From Narcine bancroftii (Eukaryota), in the NCBI RefSeq assembly GCF_036971445.1, contig NC_091469.1, positions 349,990,001-350,054,000 on the forward strand: a stretch of DNA of 64,000 nucleotides, read 5' to 3'. Below the pieces are notes generated by a model. It saw only the letters and a list, made by a program, of their open reading frames with translations, did no database searches and was not told the DNA's origin. Below are positions 38,341 to 49,599 of the stretch, one piece after another. The position numbers and the translations under genes were made by a program. Position 1 is the stretch's first letter, and every line of letters begins with the position of its first letter.

Positions 38341-39561
38341 TCGGGATTCCCACAGGTTTTTGAACACTTATGGTCTTTTATTGCGGGGACTAGAGTGGAT
38401 GTTTAATAAGTGTGACCATCTTTTAACCCAATTGATTTCATCATATTCATGACACAATGAAAACTTGCATGGCTGGAGGCAACAGAAATGAAATTATTCA
38501 ACTAAATGTCCCAAGGAGAAAGCTTGTGTCCCAGTAGTCTGGTGTGTATAAAAGCTACATTTATCTTCAAACCAGTTTTCCAGGAGGTAGTAGTGGTTGC
38601 AAAATCCGATACATAAATTATGCCTGAAATATCATGTCAACATTCAAGTCACAAACAGAATTGTGAAATTTTCATGGAACTATTCCTCAACAGAACTTCA
38701 ACTGAAAATGAGATCTGAAAACCGATGCACTCATTTGCTAATGGCTCCTTTGTGAATAGTCTGAAGTAAAACATGGAATGTGGAGAAGTCATCTGCACAA
38801 AACTATAAGAATCAGCTTTCAAACAATAATTTGGTACCGCAGTTCAAGGACTCTTTTAGCCAATGTATCAATGCTGATGTTTATGTTCCACAGTAGCTTC
38901 CTCAAACCTGAAATTATTTAACCCTCTTGAATGTAACATTGATTTATTTTTCTCCCTCATGTACATTCTTCCATTTTATTGACCTGAACATGCCTTGCTC
39001 TAATACATATCCTATTCTCACCACTCTCCAGTTAAAATTTCTCTGTAATTTTTTTAAATCAGTTATCTTGCCTCCAGACTGTTTTCCCAATTGTGCATTT
39101 TTCTTTCTATATCTATCCTAACAGTCTCAGTTATAACCTAAAGCACATCCATCAGATCACCTCTTAGTTCTCACTTTTCTAGAGAAAATCAGCACAAACC
39201 TCAGATATTTTTTTCTCTTAACACAGGTATTGGTCAAAGATCTCGTGCCCTTCTCAGAGAAAGTCATGCTTATCCTCCATTCCCACCCTAAACCACAATG
39301 CCACATCTGGAAACAATGTTCACAATTAATTGCAGAGACCCTATCTCATTGGAACTTCCTTCACCTCAGCATGGCTCTGGAAAGAAGCATCACTGGATCA
39401 ATGGATCCACAAACAGTTTCGTCTAGGCACAGGATTGTGTGGCAACTCTCAGCAATGGGATGAACCAAGTACAATACAGCCCAACTCTTTCTGAAGCACG
39501 GTCAAATCTTTGGTTGCTTTTTTAAATTTCTTATTCAAGCATTTTAATAGAGCATGTTTTA

Positions 39562-39780
39562 TATGGCACAATTAGTGTAGAGTTAGCGTAACACTATAAA
39601 ACCACCACCAACCCAGTTTTGAGTTTGGGTCTGTGTGGGTTTCCTTGGGTGCACTGGCTTCTCCTCACCCTTCAAAATATACGGAGATTGGAGGTTCATT
39701 GGGGTATTTGGACGGCATGGGCTCATAGGCTGGAAGGTCCAGTTACCATGCTGTATGTTTATATTTAATTTAAATTTAAA
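39562..39780 (+). mobile_element. HE1-like V-SINE
   Basis: tRNA-like head ggcacaattagtgtagagttagcg; tgtgtgggtttccttgggtgcactggcttctcc. Confidence 0.7.
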
Positions 39781-41351
39781 TGTAAGACTTCACTGTTCAT
39801 TCTGATGCACCAGTGTTGGAGCAGATGTTACACTGAAAAATCTCCACCATTTTCTTAGGTGGATACAAAAGGTTCTATAATGCTGTTCTGAAGAAGAGCA
39901 GAAAAATCTAACCACTATTTATCATCATAATATTAATAATTAATTTGATAAAATTATCATGCATTTTTTAATAAAATACTATATTTCAAAAATACTTCAT
40001 TCGCTGTACATCAGGGTGACCTGACACTGAGTAATCACTCTGGAAGTGCCGGCCATTCTGTAATATCATTTTAAGAAATGTAACACTGAAATTATGGTCC
40101 ATCGTAAATTTGGTGGAAGGTCAGCCAAGCCACAAAAAGGTCTAGTTGCTTCTGACATTGTGCCAACCATCAGCCAAATTCTTGCAGAAGATCAGGGAGG
40201 CGCTTCATTATAAAGCAGAGCATGTAGGTATGTGAATATTCAGCATTTTGGGGGCCAGAGGCATCTGTGATATTAGAATACTCAGTCTGAGCCAAGTAAT
40301 TTGGATTATTTGTAAAATTAACTTCCACATGAACAAGGAAGACAAAGAAAATAACTCCTCAAATGCACTGCAGAAGTGTGAATAAAAGAATGAAGTTTTC
40401 TGCTGTATGTTTAAGCATGTGAATTTAATGTAAAAGCCAGTCATAGACAAATTTGAGGTAGAGATTTGCCAACATAGGAGAAAGAAGATAATGTCTGCTG
40501 AATCAAAAGCGGGAACATGGGAAACAAGATGAATTCAATTAAATATTTAAGCCAGATCAATGACAGTTGAAATCCAAAATGTTGTAGTGTAAGTTGCAGC
40601 ACCACAGTTAATATATTAGGCAGATTACATTGAAGAAAGAATCATTCACTGGTGCTACTGCAACATCTTTCATATTTCAGGACATCCCAAGTGATAAACA
40701 GTTGCCATTATGTGTATTGCAAGCTCTTTGAGGAGCAAAGTGATGATACAAAGAAGAATTCACTGCCAGTGACCACTGTGGTTGATGCAAACCTTTGAAA
40801 AAAGTATAGACTTTTCTTTTTGGAATTCTCCTGAAAGACTGATCTGAGGAGAGATTTAGCAGACTGAGCATACACTCTCTGGAATCTTCTAAATGCTTGA
40901 TGGTAGATACAGGGACAATGTTTTCCTTATAGAGAACCAAAATAGTCTGTCTTCAAATAAGAGATAAGCCATTTAGGGTGGAGTCAAAAAGAAATTTCTT
41001 CACCCAGAGCATGGTAAAGAGGATCATGTAGGCTCAGACACAGGATATTTGAAGCAGAGAATAATAAACTTTGTTGTCACAGTAATTAAGGAATGTTATG
41101 TAACAACAAAAATATGGATCTGAGGAGAGATAAATAGCTAAGTTGACCACTTCTGTTTCTGTCTTGAATATTCTTACATCTGACATTCTAACACTAACAT
41201 TTAAATGTAATCATAAAAATATTTAAAGCATTCCAAAACACATATGAATAGTCAAAAATATTATTGTGAACTTCAGTGATTTAAACAATAATACCAACGA
41301 TTCAACCTCTTCTTCTCCTTCAGAATTGCTTCTGTTCATTCAAATGAATGT

Positions 41352-41685
41352 CCATAAGACATAAAGCTGCCCTGCCATTCATTCATGAGCAGATCAATTT
41401 TTTTCCATTCAGCACCCACCACCCCCCCCCCCCCCGCCCCACAAAACCCGGCCTTCTCCCCATGACCTTCTTAATGTCTATCTATGCCCTTAAACCTACC
41501 AATCTCTGCCTTAAATACACACAATGACCTGGCCTCCACAACTACCTGTGGGAACAAATTCCACAGATTTGCCACCTTCTGACTGAATAAATTCCTAAAC
41601 ATCCCTCTTCTAAGTAAACTGCCTTTAATCCTAAAATTGTGCCCTCTATTGTCGACTCTCCCACATGGGAAATAACCTTTCTATA
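41352..41685 (-). mobile_element. CR1 3' fragment
   Basis: caatctctgccttaaatacac..gcctccacaac..ttccacagatt is a reverse CR1 3' region. Confidence 0.7.
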
Positions 41686-41728
41686 GAATGAATTTGCTTT
41701 TCCCGTAAAGTGGACTGATACTCTAGCA

Positions 41729-42099
41729 CAGTGGTTTTCAAACTGCCCTTAAACTCATTCTACCTTATGCAATCCCTATGCCATAAGTGCTATGTGATGA
41801 GTAAGTTATTACTTAAGGTGGCATGTGAGTGGGAAAGGAAGGTTGAGAATCACTGCTAAAGACCCAATTGTTACTGAAATATTTTGCTTGGGAAAAATTG
41901 TCAATGGGCCATTTCCTTTGGAGTGATGAAACGGTGCACAGAATGAGTCAATTGGGTATGATTAAAAGAGTGGTTTTCAAACTTTTTCTTTTTACTCACA
42001 TACCACCTTAAGCAATCCCTCACTCATCACAGAGCACTTATTACATAGGGATTGCTTAAGGTGGAATGTGAGTTTAGGGGTGCAGTTTGAAAACCCTTG
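41729..42099. mobile_element. Second, inverted copy of the composite hAT MITE
   Basis: TIRs CAGTGGTTTTCAAAC...GTTTGAAAACCCTTG; two palindromic units; spacer is the reverse complement of 7744-7855. Confidence 0.85.
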
Positions 42100-42434
42100 C
42101 TCCATTGTTTATTTTCTATATTGACACTAGAGGCTAACCACCTGACACTTACTGAATAAATGCCGACTATTCAACATTGAAGCAGTCAATATTTTTCAGC
42201 CAAATCCTTCCTGATCTGTTTTACTGTCATTGGATAAAGGATAAATATGACTCAAGCTACCGATTAAAACTTTATGATTATTCTTCAAATTTCTCCCAAC
42301 GGATCCTTGATGTTCAGCTGAGAGAGCAGGAAGGATATTTTTAACATATCCAAAATTTCAAAATATGGCACTGTTACCTATGGAATGCTGCACGTGTTCA
42401 CTGGGCATAGGACTTGAACCTATAATCTGACTAC

Positions 42435-42798
42435 TGTTAGGTCTGCTTTGTTCATGAATGAGTGAGACAAACACCAGACTGAGTCGAAATCAGGGTTGTT
42501 TGTTCTTTATTACCGGATTGTAACACTTGCGACTAACAATGTTAGTCGGAGAATGCATTCTGCCGTTATCAGCAAAATGGTGATTTTTTTATACCCTTGG
42601 ATACATGCTTAGAACATCATCATATCATTACTTGTCCAATGACTAAAACTGTTGCTATCCTTTCCCTGCTAGCTTCCTGCCTCTCAATCCATCAATGTCT
42701 CTCTTATCTTGTAAGTACAAGGATGCATTCACATCTTGTTACAGCCCTGTACAGGGTAACTCCTTACACATTCCCATCTCATGATGTTTTACCTTACA
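42435..42798 (-). mobile_element. Young solo LTR (364 bp) inserted in a DeuSINE head
   Basis: TGTTAGG...CCTTACA; 4-bp TSD CTAC (42431-42434, 42799-42802); TATAAA and AATAAA on minus; CpGs retained. Confidence 0.85.
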
Positions 42799-43379
42799 CT
42801 ACTCACGTACAAGTGAAATGAACTACTGTCAACATGTGGAAATGGGAATTTAATTTTATTCTGGTTGTAAATTATCATATTTACCTCAAAATTAAAACAG
42901 AAGCCACACTCCCACGAGAGAAAATGCAACAATGTCTACAGCAGTAGCTGAGTATAATTACAGGGTAACTGCTTGACGTGAATAGTTTTCATTACAAATA
43001 GTGACACATGGATTTATCATGCAAGTATAAATAAATGGAAAAAATGGTTGTGGAATTATCTTTATTTATTCATCTTATGACAAAAGGCAATGCTGACGAG
43101 AGCAGAATTTATTGCCTATTTTAAGTTGACCCAAATATTGAGCTCCAATATTTCTTCTGTATTTCTGCTGAATAGTGTTGCCAGATAAGCATATCTAATG
43201 ATCAAATCCAGCTTCAAAACAGAAGTACACCAATTTCCTTCAAAGTCTTATGATTTGTATTTCGGAGCTCTTCTGGATGGAGAATTCAAGCATGGGGAAA
43301 GCATCCTGTTGCTGGTTCCTGCACTCTTCATGCAATTTTGATGAGTATCTGGTGGAATCGATAAAGAAGTGAAACACGG

Positions 43380-43965
43380 AAGTCTGCAAATGCTGTGATT
43401 GTAGTAAAACCACACAGAAAATGCTGGAAGGACTCAGCTAGTCTCACAGCATCCATAGGAGGTAAAGATATATTAATAATATTTCGGGACTGAGCCCCCC
43501 TTTAAGGTATAAGTAAAAATCAGCATGCGTCTCCATAAAGACTGAGAGAGAAAGATAGGAGGGTGAGGATTCCTGACCCACAAACCAAGGGTGCTAATTA
43601 GATCTGATAAGAGGAAAGGTGAGAATTGATTTGGCTCTGTGGAAGGAAACCAAGGGAAAAGGAAAAGTGTCAGAGAGAGAGAGAGAGAGAGAGAGTGGGG
43701 GGGGGGGGACAGAAGTGGAGGATAGCCAAAATCAATTCTCACCTTTCTTATTATATCCAATTAACACATTTTGTTTGTTGGTCTGGACTCCTTCCCCTCC
43801 CTTTCTTCCATCTTTGTCTCCCAATCTTTATTGAGACACCTGGCTGTTTTTTGCTCATACCTCAGGATGAGGTATGGATAAGACCTCAGGCCCAAATTAT
43901 CGCGAAAAACATCTTTACCTCCAATGGATGCTGCGACACTGGCTGAGTTCCTCCAGCATTCAGGA
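43380..43965. mobile_element. Inverted pair of Penelope terminal repeats
   Basis: 43417-43636 is an imperfect reverse complement of 43724-43960 (aaaggtgagaattgatttggct / agccaaaatcaattctcacctttc; tgctggaaggactcagc / gctgagttcctccagca). Confidence 0.75.
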
Positions 43966-45779
43966 AGTTTGCTATTTTAATTTCTCATCAATTTCAGTTA
44001 TATTTCCAGTAAAGCAAGATTTTAAGTCTCTTACTGATCGCCATCCAATAACAAAGGACATTCAAATGGAATAGAACCTGTGCTTCTTGGTATTCCATAC
44101 TTGTGGTGGAGTTTTGTATATGTTAAATTGTTATTTGAGAAGCAGTTCATCCTTGAATAATAGAAAAACTGAAAATGAACAAGTCCTGATCAGTCAATTA
44201 CTTATTAATGTGGTTCAATGCCAGGTTTTTATTTGGGGGTGGGTGAAGGGAGGGGGGTATATTTCCATTAATCTTAATGGGCAATTTGGAAAATGTTTGT
44301 TCAGGTTAAAAGATTCTTTCATACAGTGCCCTTGGGTAGTATTCGATGTAACTTTCATTACTGTATTCTGAGAACTAATTGATATGTTCAAGCACAGGAA
44401 GCAACGCCATGTTGCACTCCTGTGTGGATTGCTCACTCGACCCAGCATTCCGTCAGTCTACTAACCAGTACATCAAATTGAACCATAAAGTTGATGCTTT
44501 AGATGGAAGGAGATCATTCACCTCATTGGTCCTTCTTTGAAGGAGCTATCTAATCACATTTGAAACTGAATATTGAATTTTATCAAGGTGATGAGGAATT
44601 TTATCTGCTTCTTTTCTTCTCTAACATGATATTGGACAGGTCAAAATCTAACAAGTGGTCCTTCTACCAATGTTACTCAAGCTAAGGTTATTAAGGAAGA
44701 TGGGGTGCTGTCTTGACAATTGGGGAAACAGTTTAATGAAGATTGTCATAACATTTTGAGTAGTTGACAGTGTATGAGACAGTAAATACCTCTGAATTAC
44801 ATCATAAACATGATGTGGTACCTAAATGAGTATTTGAGTAGGGATAAAAATTACCATAGTCTGAATTTCTATACTTCTACAGGAATAAGGCTATGTGTGG
44901 ATGAAAACATTTGCCCACTAAAAAGGCAGGAATGTGGAAATAAAATGATTAGCCTCGAGGAAGAAAATACATTCTGGTCATTTAAAGCAGATCAGGCAGC
45001 ATCTGCGGTGAGAGAAATAGACTTAATATTTCTAGTTGATTATCGTCCATTCAAAGTGGAGATAATACGAGTTTTAAAGATGCATAAAAATCTTTGTGAA
45101 AAGAGTGTAGAGATAATAAGATTTCATCGCACAGGGCACAAAATTAATAATGAAAATAAGTGCAGGCAATGGAAACCATTCAAAGGTTCATGTTCACATG
45201 AATTATATCCTAACAGAAAGTTGCATCAGAAAAGAGATCTATGTGTAATGAGCTGAGGCATATTATTTTCTTGATTCTAGTTGGAACCATCCTTCATTAG
45301 CAGTTCAGATTTCTATTGTAATTTGTAGGCTGCCTGCAAAAAAGAAATCATAAAAATATTGCTTCATGGATGATGAAATTCTTAATTCTAGCGCTTCAAT
45401 ACATTTTTTTTGTATGGTTGGTTCAAAGGATGTAATGAGCAATTATGTGCATTGTTGGATGAGGTACATGATGGAGAAACAAATTAATACAAAATCAGGA
45501 AACCTACTGCGACTCCACAGCAACATGAGCAGAGTGAGAAGAATATGACCAGCAATTCTCACAAGAGCTAGAGGAACTCAGCAGGTCACGCAGATATCCA
45601 TGGAAAGTAGGTATGCTTAAAATCAGGCAGACACCTGAATAAGGGGAGGGGAGAGAGCACAGGTTTGTGCTGATATGAATCAAAAATTTTGTGCACACCG
45701 TGGTTGAAGTAAAAACACATAATGCTGGAGAAGGTCAGCAGGTTAAACAGTTTCCTTGATGTAGCAATGGCAAAGATAC

Positions 45780-46022
45780 TGTTGGGCACAACCAGTTGCC
45801 CCTAATAATCACAAGGACAAAGACTGAGGGGAACAATAGGCTTTATTATACAGAAGGCTTGAGCTGGCCCAGATCCAAGCTAGGGAAGTGAAGGGAAGGG
45901 AGAGGTGGCTCGACCTTTATGGCCTAGGTCACAGGGGAGGAGTCCAGGGGAGAGTGTCATCAGGGGGAGGGCCAGCCCGTGCCTTTACCAGCCAATGACT
46001 ATATACAATCCATATCATTACA
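45780..46022 (-). repeat. 3' LTR
   Basis: Direct repeat of 48945-49182; PPT adjacent at 46023-46033. Confidence 0.95.
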
Positions 46023-46316
46023 TTCACCCCTTCATTTTAAACAGAACCCCCCCCCACCCTTTTTGCAGGGGTAGAACCCACAAACAAAACAAATTTTCTG
46101 TCTAACTAGAGGTTCAGTCACAACGCCGACTTCCTCCTTCTGCGGGACTGAAGGGGGGCAGGTGTGTCCATGCTCTGCTATTCGGGAGTGGAAGCTGTCC
46201 TGGGGGGGCGCAGGGGGGAACTGTCTGGGTCGGGGCTCCCAGGATGGGGGGGGGGGGGAGGTTTGATGTCTCCCGGGGGTCCAACTCCTGGAGAAGAGAG
46301 CCGGGCAGCTCGGCCT

Positions 46317-47264
46317 CTAGTATTGAGTTTCGGTCTGGGGTGGTCTGCTCCGTGGGGTGGTCAGTGTTGGCAGGGCAGTTTCGGGATCTTCGGCCCTCAC
46401 CAGGTCTTGGATAGGCACAGTGCCCTCGTGGCCATCGGGGTATCTCACAAATGCATATTGAGGGTTGGAATGTATGAGGTGGACTGCTTCCACCATTGGA
46501 TCCATCTTATGGCTCCTCGTGTGTCTCCAATAGTAGGACTGGCCCTGGGGTTGCCAGCCAAGGAGGAATAGACGAACCATTCACCAATCTCCTAGGGAAA
46601 GAAAACAAGCGTTCATGCGGGGTGGTGTTAGTTGCTGTGCATAGGAGTGATCGGATTGACGTGGAGTGCTTTGGAAAAAATGTCCTGCCAGTGGGACACT
46701 GGCATGTTATTGGACAAGGGTCAGGAGCTCCACCTTCCAGATTCTGGCGTTCTCCCTTTCCACCTGGCCATTACCCCTGGGGTTATAGTTGGTGGTCCTG
46801 CTGGTGGCTGTGCCTCTGGCCAGGAAGCACTGTTGCAGTTCCTCACTCATGAATGAGGACCCCCAATTGCTGTGGATATAATCTGGGTACACGAACAGGG
46901 TGTAAATGCTGCGCAGCACCTTGATTACCATCACCGAAGTCATATCCGGGTAGAGAATAGCAAATGGGAACCTGGAGAACTCATCCACCACCATCAGGAA
47001 ATAGGCATTTCCATTTGCGTTGAGTAGGGGGCCCTTGAAATCAACACTGAGACATTCAAAAGGGCGTGTGGCCTTAATAAGATCTGCCTTTTCGGGTTGA
47101 TAGAACTGCAGCTTACATTCAGTACAAATCTGGCAGCGTCTGGTCATGGACCTAATCTCCTCAACGGAGTATGGAAGGTTATGAGTCTTGATAAAATGGT
47201 ACAATCTTATGACTCCAGGGTGGCACAGACTGTCATGGAGGGCCTGGAGGTGGTCGAGATGCAC
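46317..47264 (-). pseudogene. pol: Gypsy integrase, disrupted
   Basis: HHCC (HDSLCH..CQIC), DFKGP, VDEFSRF, IHSNWG (second catalytic Asp replaced by Asn), GQVEREN; stop at 46707. Confidence 0.93.
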
Positions 47265-47299
47265 GCTCGTGCACGTCCCCTGGGATAGGGCATCTGGGG

Positions 47300-47900
47300 T
47301 TCATTGAGTTTACCTGGTCAGTACAAAATGTCGTAATTATAAGTGGAGAGCTCGATCCTCAACCTAAGAATCTTATCATTTTTGATTTTACCCCGCTGTT
47401 TAGCATTAAACATGAAGGCCACGGCCTCTAATCTGTCAGCAAAGTTAACCATTTACCGGCCAGGTAATGTCACCAGTGGCGCACCACCTCAATGATTGCT
47501 TGTGCATCCTTCTCGACCGAGGAATGCCGTATCTTGTGAACGTGCAGGGTGCGGGTGAAAATGCCTCTGGCCTGCCTGTCTGGTTAAGAGTGGCGGCCAA
47601 TGCCTCTCTGCTATTCGGGAGTGGAAGCTGTCCTGGGGGGCGCAGGGGGGAGGCATCGCTCTCCACCTGAAAAAGGATGGACTCATCCACGGCATGTATC
47701 GTGGCCTTTGAAATGTCTCCTCAGATCTGATAGAATGCAGCTTGGGTTTCCACCGATAACGGCAAGGTTGTGGACTTAATCAGGGGGTGGATAAAACTTT
47801 TGGCACTGCCACTATCAAAGAGGCAGTTCGACTTGTGCCCATTCACCTCGATCTGCATCATGGTGTTCGTGATTGGATGAGGGCTGGCTTGGTTCAAGGT
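47300..47900 (-). pseudogene. pol: Aspartic protease joined directly to the RT connection/RNase H remnant
   Basis: CLFDSGSAKSFIHP runs straight into LIKSTTLPL..FQVESDAS..ALAATLNQ. Confidence 0.85.
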
Positions 47901-48139
47901 GATCGATGCCAGGATGGGTGTGTCATCTTCATCATTGGTGGGAAGGCCCGATGTCCAAGATGGCGGCCTCCATGTTGAAGGCAGAAGTGGCATCGTTGGG
48001 GGTGGAAATGACGTCGTCAATGAGGGCTGCCACTGTGTAGAGGAGGGGGCAGCAGCGAGTAAGATGGCGCCCCCTTACCACGCACGCGGCCCGCACCGGA
48101 AGCTCCTCAGCCATACATGCTGCGCTGCTTTGGGATGAG

Positions 48140-48908
48140 GCTCTGGATCTACAGACTCATTGATAATGGCCCTTTTTCCCACTTCCTGAACAGGTAGCTC
48201 CTTTTGTGGGGCAGAGACATTGTAGGTGTCTTGCCTGCCCACAGAAGTGGCATCTCATGGATCCTGGTGCCACTGCGGCTGTGGTCAGGTTTGCTGTCCC
48301 CAACACCATCTCCCAGGATGGCACCCCTCACGGTGGCAGGTACTGGATAGGCCCACTTCTGCCCGCGATTTACTCTGTGTGGCACTGGGCTGAGTCTAAA
48401 GTCGTGGCCAGTTCGATCACCTGTTTCAGCAAGAGTTGATCCTCCTCAAGGAGATGTTGCCGGATATAGTCTGACCTCAACCCTGACACACAAGCTTCCC
48501 GGACCAGGTCCTCCACGCACTGGGCCCCCGGCACCCTGACCGTGGGGTTCCCCAAACAGTCTTTTCCCAGTGTGATCAGGGCTCAAACAAACTCTTCAAC
48601 CGACTCACCAGGCTGCTGTTTTCTGGATGCCTGGAGGTAACGGGAATAGACCTCGTTGATTTTGGACTTGTATAGTGCCCGTAGTTCAGCCATCGCTTCG
48701 GTGTAGGTCGTGCAGCTTCTGATGGCCTGGAAAGCCCTCTGGCCGACTCTTGCCCATAGAACTTTCAGCCTCTTCTCATCTGAGTCAACCACTCCAGCAG
48801 TGGCCTCAAGAAAGTTGTTAAAACAACTGAATCACTATTCGAAGAGCTCCGATGCCCCCAGGAGTTGGGGATCCAGCACTAGCTGATCGGGGTGCAACAA
48901 CTTCTCTA
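48140..48908 (-). pseudogene. gag: Gypsy gag with decayed zinc knuckles
   Basis: EKLLHPDQL..; RKQQPGESVEEF; GLRSDYIRQHLLE; CHFCG..H..C and C..SGKKGHY..C; internal stops. Confidence 0.85.
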
Positions 48909-48944
48909 ATACCAGAGATGTTAAAAATGTTCTTTGCAATAAAT

Positions 48945-49182
48945 TGTTGGGCACAAATTTCCCAATAATCAGAAGGTTAAAGACTGAGGGGAACAATAGG
49001 CTTTATTGTACAGAAGACTTGAGCTGGCCCAGATCCAAGCTAGGCAAGTGCATGGAAGCACGAGGTGGCTCGACCTTTATAGCCTAGGCCACAGGGGAGG
49101 AGTCCAGGGGAGAGTGTCATCAGGGGGAGGGCCAGCCCGTGCCTTTACCAGCCAATGACTATATACAATCCATATCATTACA
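48945..49182 (-). repeat. 5' LTR
   Basis: TATAAA and AATAAA on minus; TG..CA termini. Confidence 0.95.
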
Positions 49183-49575
49183 GATACATAACAACATTTT
49201 GGGCTTGAGCCCTTCATCAATGTCTGAGAAAATGTCAGCAAGTGTCTGGAAAAAAAAAGAGTGGGGTGGGATGGGAGATGGGGTTGGGGGTTGGCAAGGC
49301 AGGAGGAGCTAGAGGTGGAGAAATGAGGGAGGGGACAGCAGCAATGAGGAGGAGGAGGAGGGATGGCTGTGTGGATGAAAGAACTGGAAAGACAGGAAAA
49401 GGGAGGAGAAAGAAAAGGTAAGCAGGTTTAATGGAAAGCAGTAAAGTCAAAGTTCATGCCATGTGGCTGGAAGGTACCTAGACAGAAAATAAGGTGTTGT
49501 TCTTCCAAACTGTGGGTGTTCAGGGTGGGACAGTACATAAGGCCGTGGACAGACATGTGAGTGCGGAGGTAAAGA
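49183..49575 (-). mobile_element. Penelope 3' fragment, continued at 45690-45779
   Basis: THMSVHGLMYC..LEEQHLIFCLGTFQP (GIY-YIG C-terminus); terminal repeat split by the Gypsy insertion. Confidence 0.88.
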
Positions 49576-49599
49576 GAAAAGAGCTGAGAGGTGGTAGGG

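Larger units (their letters stand above)
45780..49182 (-). mobile_element. Ty3/Gypsy LTR retrotransposon, RT-deleted and non-autonomous
   Basis: LTRs 45780-46022 and 48945-49182 (TG..CA); TSD GATAC; PPT GAAGGGGTGAA; order gag-PR-RNase H-IN. Confidence 0.95.

Noticed and set aside
31651-42977. Shared 15-mer GGGTAACTGCTTGAC at 31651 and 42963
   Set aside because: A few 15-mer matches are expected by chance in 64 kb, and the flanks are unrelated
44810-45256. 148-aa ORF
   Set aside because: Overlaps a Penelope terminal remnant (caggcagcatctgcggtgagag) and has no domain signature
46707-47264. Domesticated or active integrase
   Set aside because: Catalytic Asp is mutated, there is a premature stop, and it is still embedded in a TSD-flanked element
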